Both the position numbers and the translations under genes were made by a program. Below are positions 58,522 through 64,000 of a DNA stretch of 64,000 nt, in pieces. Every line of letters starts with the position of its first letter. The first letter of the stretch is position 1. Location: the NCBI GenBank assembly GCA_010093815.1, contig ML996580.1. The stretch is one strand, 5' to 3'. The notes under the pieces are model-generated. The model was not told the origin of the DNA. It saw only the letters and a list, made by a program, of their open reading frames with translations, and searched no databases. Source of the stretch: Pseudovirgaria hyperparasitica (taxonomy: Eukaryota).

Positions 58522-58899
58522 TCTTTATTTGGCTTCGAGTATGACCTCAAGCCAACTTCCGGAGCTTTTTTTTTTCACAATAGGCTGATCCGGCGTTATG
58601 GAATGTGTACCATACTGTCTATAATGATATCAATGATCCTTTGAGATCGTCAAAGCATTACTTGACGAGTTGCGAAAAGGACCTCGGGAAAATGTTGTGT
58701 GGATAGACCTATATATGCGCCGAGATCCTGGAATATACACCATATGCGGCGTCATTCAGCCTGATGCGGGGCGGCCGGGAGTCCGCGGGGCAGCACGACG
58801 GATAGCTATCAGCTATCACTCCATACATTTCACTGTCCTGCATGCACCCTTCTTCCTACCTCCCCATAGACTCTATAATCAGGACACCTTTCTACTACA

Positions 58900-60051
58900 A
58901 TGCCATCTCGTGAAGCAACCCACGCAGGCTCGTGGTACACGGACAATGGACCCCAGCTTGATCGCCAGCTGAGCGGCTGGCTTGACCAGGTGCCTACGGC
59001 CACGTCAGGTATCGGCGCTCACTCGTCAACAGAAGGCTCATTGCAGATCCCATCGACTGGGGCCAGAGCTATCATTGCACCGTAGGGCCTGGGTTGGACT
59101 GTGCGAACTATGGCTGGAGCTCATGTCCTCGTAGGCACGCCGGTTTCTCTTACTCTGGGCCTGCGGCGGCATGGGCATACAAGTCACTCGACTTGTCCAA
59201 TGTGTGGGTAGCGACCATAGTCACATATTGGCTCTATGTGGGTGCTGACTGACGTAGTAAACGTGTCTTCCTACTTGGTCCTTCTCACCACTATTATCTC
59301 ACGACTTGTGCCCTCTCAAGATGCGATACATATGAGACTCCGCTGGGAGATCTAAAGATTGACCTAGCCACCGTGAAAGAACTAGAGCAGACTGGTGCAT
59401 TCGAGAAGATGTCACAGTCTAAAGACGAGGCAGAGCATAGCTTGGAAATGCACCTACCATACATCTACAAGATGCTCTCAACGTATGCTTCCTAACATGT
59501 TGTTGTAGCTAAGGCTCATATCCAGCAGGAAGTTCTCCAATCCCGCTGCTTTCCCACCTCTCATACCAATACTCGTGGGAGCCACCACCTCTTCCACCGA
59601 GAAACGCTTTGGCGAGGTTCTTGCCCCTTACTTGGCCGATCCAACCTCGATATTCGTAATCAGCTCAGACTTCTGTCACTGGGGTTCGCGGTTTCGATAC
59701 ACGTACTACGTCCCTGAAAGTGGTTCACCAAAGAATCTGGGACCCCGAGATCAGATCTCAAAGACATTCCCCATACATGAGAGTATCAAGCTCGTAGACC
59801 AATGGTGCATGGACGCTGTAGAAACAGGGTCCCATGACAACTTCCAAGACATCCTTGACGAGACAAACAACACAGTGTGCGGAAGACATCCGATTGGTGT
59901 CATCATGGCAGCGATTGAAGCACTGGACAAGCAAGGAATGGTGGGTAGCGGCAAAGGGAAGTTCAAATTCGTTCGATACGAGCGGAGCAGTCTCGTCGAT
60001 ACGTATTCGGACAGTAGTGTGAGCTACTGCAGCGCATTCGCGATTCTATGA
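58900..60051 (+). CDS. MEMO1: MEMO1 family protein (Mho1)
   Basis: [57 protein letters not shown] and DSSVSYCSA. Three short introns, the first at 59082-59134. Confidence 0.95.
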
Positions 60052-60780
60052 AGTTAGAAATTCGGGAGTTCGAAAGGAGATGATAGAATGTCCACCTGTG
60101 AACATGTTCAAATGTGTGACCTATGTTCCTCCGTCCGTGAAATAGTACAGCAACGAAACTTGCCATAATCCTCCGCCCTTTTTCCATTACTCACTTACTT
60201 CATTTGCGCCATACACCCTCCCAGTTCTACCAGTATAGTAATAGTGAGAAGAGTAAGATCTACATACCATGTAGGCCATAATCTCCTTCCTATTTATGTG
60301 ATCTATACCATCAAACTCTGTAACTAAACGTTTTCTTAGATATAACACTACTATAACACCTTCGAAATAAATAGTGTTACATAAGTAGAATTACAAGTAG
60401 AATCATACTTCTACTTTTCATAATAATACTAAGATCGATATCTAATATTAGAGTTCAATTCACCTACTAAATTCATGTTCTTTAATGTTCTCAGATGCAC
60501 TACAATAGACTTAGTTCACTATGCTAGGATCATGCACCACGGAGTTATTAAAGAGGTAGTATGAAACTATAGGTGTCTTACTATTGGCAAGGTGACCCTT
60601 GCTAATGGATTTTATGCCCAATACTGGTTTTTATGATGCTATTCTAGTACATGTGACGTCTTCCGTCGTGCAAGACGGCTTGGCTTGGAGTCCGAGTCAC
60701 TTCATAGTCTACAAATCAGAAACGCCGATATGCAAATCGCAGCAATACCAAGTTATCTGAAGTAGTACAAGTAGTCCTAT

Positions 60781-61716
60781 CTAGGCAGGACAAGACAAGT
60801 CGAACAAAGGCGCGCCCCCACCACTCCCCACAATACCAAAACTCGGGCTCGGCGTCCCAGGAACGGCATCCTGCACGGTAAAGTACCAAAAGTTCGTGTT
60901 TCCAAAGAGCGAGCACGCCGTCTCATCCCAGTAGCGTTTCGCGTTGTCCACGTTTGCGACAGCGGCGCCAGATTGAGGCCCGCTGACCGGCCAGCCCGTC
61001 TCGGTGATCCAGACCGGCTTACCCTGGGCAACGCCCTTGACGGCGTTGAATGCGTCTTCGAAGAGCTGGTGGGAGTTGTCAATGGCGTTTGATTTCGAGC
61101 TTTCATAGTAGGGGTACGCATCCACGCCGAGGAAGTCGATATTAGCTATCACGGCGGAGTTGGAGCCGTTGACGTAGTCGTTCCAGGTGTCGACGTGGCC
61201 GACGGGCTTGCCGTTGAGGGCGTTGCCGGCGATGAGATTGCGCACTTGGCCGATGTAGTTGACGAGGTCCTGTGGGTTGGCGCCCGGGCCCGATTTTGCG
61301 GCGATTCCGGTGGGTGAGTTTCTGTACAGGTCTTCGCTTCCTACTGAGATGCCGACGACCTTGTCTGTGAATGCGGTGCCGTATTGCTGAACGGCGGCTG
61401 AGAGCGCGGCTAGCTCATTGTTGAAACTCTCCGGGCCTGCGGATGCCCAGAGGCCGAGCAGAAGCTGTGTGTCGGTGTTGAGGGCGGCTTGAATAGCGGA
61501 TATAGGCGTGTTTGGCGTGCCGCCTTGAATCATGGTGAAGAGTCGAGCACTATTGAAGCCGGGGGCATTTGGGAGGTTCTTTGCGAGGTTGAACTCATTT
61601 TCGAAATCGGCTTGTTGTTTCGGGGCGCCGTTGGTGAAGAGGTTGCCATAGTTAAAGCCTTTGCTCTGGGCTGATGCCAATGTTGCTGCTGTTAAGAAGA
61701 TACTGAATGAATACAT
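60781..61716 (-). CDS. Secreted GH17 beta-1,3-glucanase/glucanosyltransferase (EglC-like, no Ser/Thr-GPI tail)
   Basis: Signal peptide, GFNYG, LLLGLWAS, ISVGSEDLYR, DAYPYY, WITETGWP and FDLSC. Confidence 0.93.
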   Translation of the reverse strand: MYSFSIFLTAATLASAQSKGFNYGNLFTNGAPKQQADFENEFNLAKNLPNAPGFNSARLFTMIQGGTPNTPISAIQAALNTDTQLLLGLWASAGPESFNNELAALSAAVQQYGTAFTDKVVGISVGSEDLYRNSPTGIAAKSGPGANPQDLVNYIGQVRNLIAGNALNGKPVGHVDTWNDYVNGSNSAVIANIDFLGVDAYPYYESSKSNAIDNSHQLFEDAFNAVKGVAQGKPVWITETGWPVSGPQSGAAVANVDNAKRYWDETACSLFGNTNFWYFTVQDAVPGTPSPSFGIVGSGGGAPLFDLSCPA

Positions 61717-62571
61717 GTTGATGGATGGATTGAAGCAAATCTATCTGATTCTCATGTCCTGGTTATGAATAAGGGACAAGACGTAGACAGGAAATGATGA
61801 TACTTATTAAGCTTTGTATCTAGGTATGACGTGGTGGCAGTGTCGATCAGTTCCAAGGGAAACTACAGGGAACCTGGAAGTGTTTGACTGGGGATGCCAG
61901 AATAGGCATCTTGATCATCGTCTATAAATTGGTCTCGACCACACAAAACCTTCGGCTGTCCTTTATCGCTTACAAACACGTTGTTCAATGACATTGCCGG
62001 TGATGTGGATGTTCATCCCAAGACACCGTGCATGCAGATTAAACCCCTCATTAGCCTATCCTGGCGACTCTGCATCTATCAGACTAGACACGATCGCAGC
62101 CGTGATCCCAAGCAGCTCTTTCGCGTCCGAATTGCCGTCTCAGGTTTTGCGGAACTGCGGCAGTGCAAAAGAGCGCCGCTGAGGCGAGGGAGCAGCGGCA
62201 ATAGTCCATGGAAGCGGCTCTGTAGATCCACGACGGCAAGACATGTCACTGGGCGAGGCTGAGAAATGTGGCTGCGAGGATGATGAAACTTATGGGGATC
62301 GAGATGACTCGAGGACCCTGAACGTCATCCAATCACTGCTCGACTACAGCGCTAGCCCTGAACCGGCTGTGAGTATAATTACTCTGTAGGGTGGGTTACC
62401 GTGCGTCTATCAGGTCGGACATGCAAGGTCGCGTTAGGTGCTTTGATTTCCTCTGTGTGCTTTTTATATATCCTAGGGCATTACCATCCCATGCGACCCC
62501 TAGATTCATGTAAGGCACCATATCCCGAAGTCCATATATGCACATATCTACAAGCATCATGCACTGTGCCT

Positions 62572-63914
62572 TCATGCCGCCACAGAGGCTGGCTCAGCAC
62601 TTGTCTCCGCTGCTGATGCGCTCTCGACTTTCAAAGTCTTCCTTTCCGGTTTCAATTCCTCGCTCTCCATGGGGCGCAGCCCCCACCTATCGAACATAGC
62701 CTTGTCCTCATCCCAACCATTGCAATCCGTCGTCAACATCTTCTCCCCCGTGAACACTGCATTCGCGCCAGCCATGAAGCATAGCATCTGCTTCTCCTCG
62801 CTCATCACGACTCGTCCGGCAGCTAGCCGCACAATGCTGCCGGGCATGCACACTCGCGCCGTCGCAATCGTGCGCACCACCGCGTCGAACGCAATCGGCT
62901 TCGTATCGCCCAGCGGCGTGCCCTTGATCGGAACCAGCGTGTTGATAGGCACACTCTCCGGATGCGCAGGCAGCGTCGCCAGCGTATACACCAGCCCGAT
63001 ATGGTCTTTCTTATTCTCGCCCAAGCCCAAGATACCACCCGTACATACATGTATGCCCGCGTCCGCAACATGCTGAATCGTCGCCAGCCGCTCGTCGTAG
63101 CTGCGCGTTGTAATGACGCTCGGGTAGTGCTCGCGGCTCGTGTCTACGTTGTGGTTGTACGCCGTCAAACCGGCATCTTTCAGCTCTTTGGCTTGCGCGG
63201 CGTCGATCATGCCGAGCGTCACGCAGGCTTCCATGCCGAGCTCGCGCACACCCGTCACCATGGCTTTTATGTTCTTGAGGTTTGTCTTGCGCCCGCGCAT
63301 GTCACGCCATGCGGCGCCCATGCAAAAGCGGTTCGAGCCGTTGGCTTTGGCGATGCGGGCCGCAGCAAGAACTTCTTCAACGGGGGAGAGCTTGGTTGCT
63401 TTGAGACCGGTGGAGTATCGGGAGGATTGTGCGCAGTAGGAGCAGTCTTCAGAACAGCCACCAGTCTTGATGTTCATGAGAGTGCAGAGTTGAATGGCCG
63501 AGGGTGGATGGAAGCGCTTGTGTATTTGGCTCTGTTACTGAGTCAGTCTGAAGCATATGCGTGTGTGTGCTTGTGCATTGGTTATAGACGATGGGCCATT
63601 GAACACTAAATGCACACAGACCAGGGTCCATGCCAACTCACAGCAGCACTGATGAGCTCCATGAGAGGCGTCTCATAGACCTCTTGAATTTCCTCCTTCG
63701 TCCAGTCATTTCTCGGTGCGATTGCATTCAACGCCTTGGCCAATTGCCCTGTCCTTTCGGCAGTGGGCGGGGCAGGTGGTTCTGTAGGAGGTTTGCTGGA
63801 AAACGGCGTGGCGGGGACATCGTGAACTGTGGAGAAGGTCCTAGGTGCGACGATCAAGCCGGGGTGTTGAAAGGTCACACGCTGTAATGATCGTAGGCCG
63901 TGACGTGAAGCCAT
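62572..63914 (-). CDS. BIO2: Biotin synthase (radical SAM), mitochondrial
   Basis: Presequence, IQLCTLMNIKTGGCSEDCSYCAQS (CxxxCxxC), YNHNVDTS, VCTGGILGLGE and AGANAVFTGEKMLTT. Intron 63532-63641. Confidence 0.97.
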
Positions 63915-64000
63915 AGCTATTTGCGCGAAGGAATCAAAGGAATGGAGAAGAACGGAAATAGGACACGATTGAGGGATATGATTGTTTGTTGAGTTCTGGA

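Noticed and set aside
58548..58576. Weak stem plus T-run after the 208-aa orphan, resembling a bacterial intrinsic terminator
   Set aside because: The stem is poor and T-runs are common in fungal 3' regions.

Overview
Gene-dense chromosome segment from a filamentous ascomycete (Pezizomycotina), judged from short (mostly 45-70 nt) GT-AG introns with CTRAC-type branch points and the fungal gene families present. About 24 protein-coding loci. Two core blocks flank an accessory interval. Left block (1-14.7 kb): ESF1 3' end, EF-hand alternative NADH dehydrogenase, URA2/pyrABCN and a TRP/Yvc1-like channel. Right block (38.8-64 kb): RRN6, SPC25, DHX35-like helicase, CUE5, ADP-ribosylglycohydrolase, NOP4, RAD18, bANK regulator plus SDR, MEMO1, GH17 and BIO2. 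The accessory interval (about 15-38 kb) holds secreted or surface proteins (M14 peptidase, CALB-like lipase, aspartic protease-like protein, GPI mucin, S12 serine hydrolase, CHRD protein), an orphan gene, and probable decayed HET and NACHT-ankyrin remnants. Most notable observations: (1) a bZIP-basic/ankyrin regulator split by one in-frame TAG; (2) a URA2 that lacks the pseudo-dihydroorotase domain; (3) a lipase with a +1 frameshift in a C8 tract; (4) a 660-bp element bounded by 15-bp inverted repeats whose reading frame is broken only by TAG codons; (5) repeated sharp C/A-rich to G/T-rich strand-skew switches inside genes. No tRNA, rRNA, CRISPR array or intact transposon was recognised. All family calls come from manual motif reading; no searches were run.
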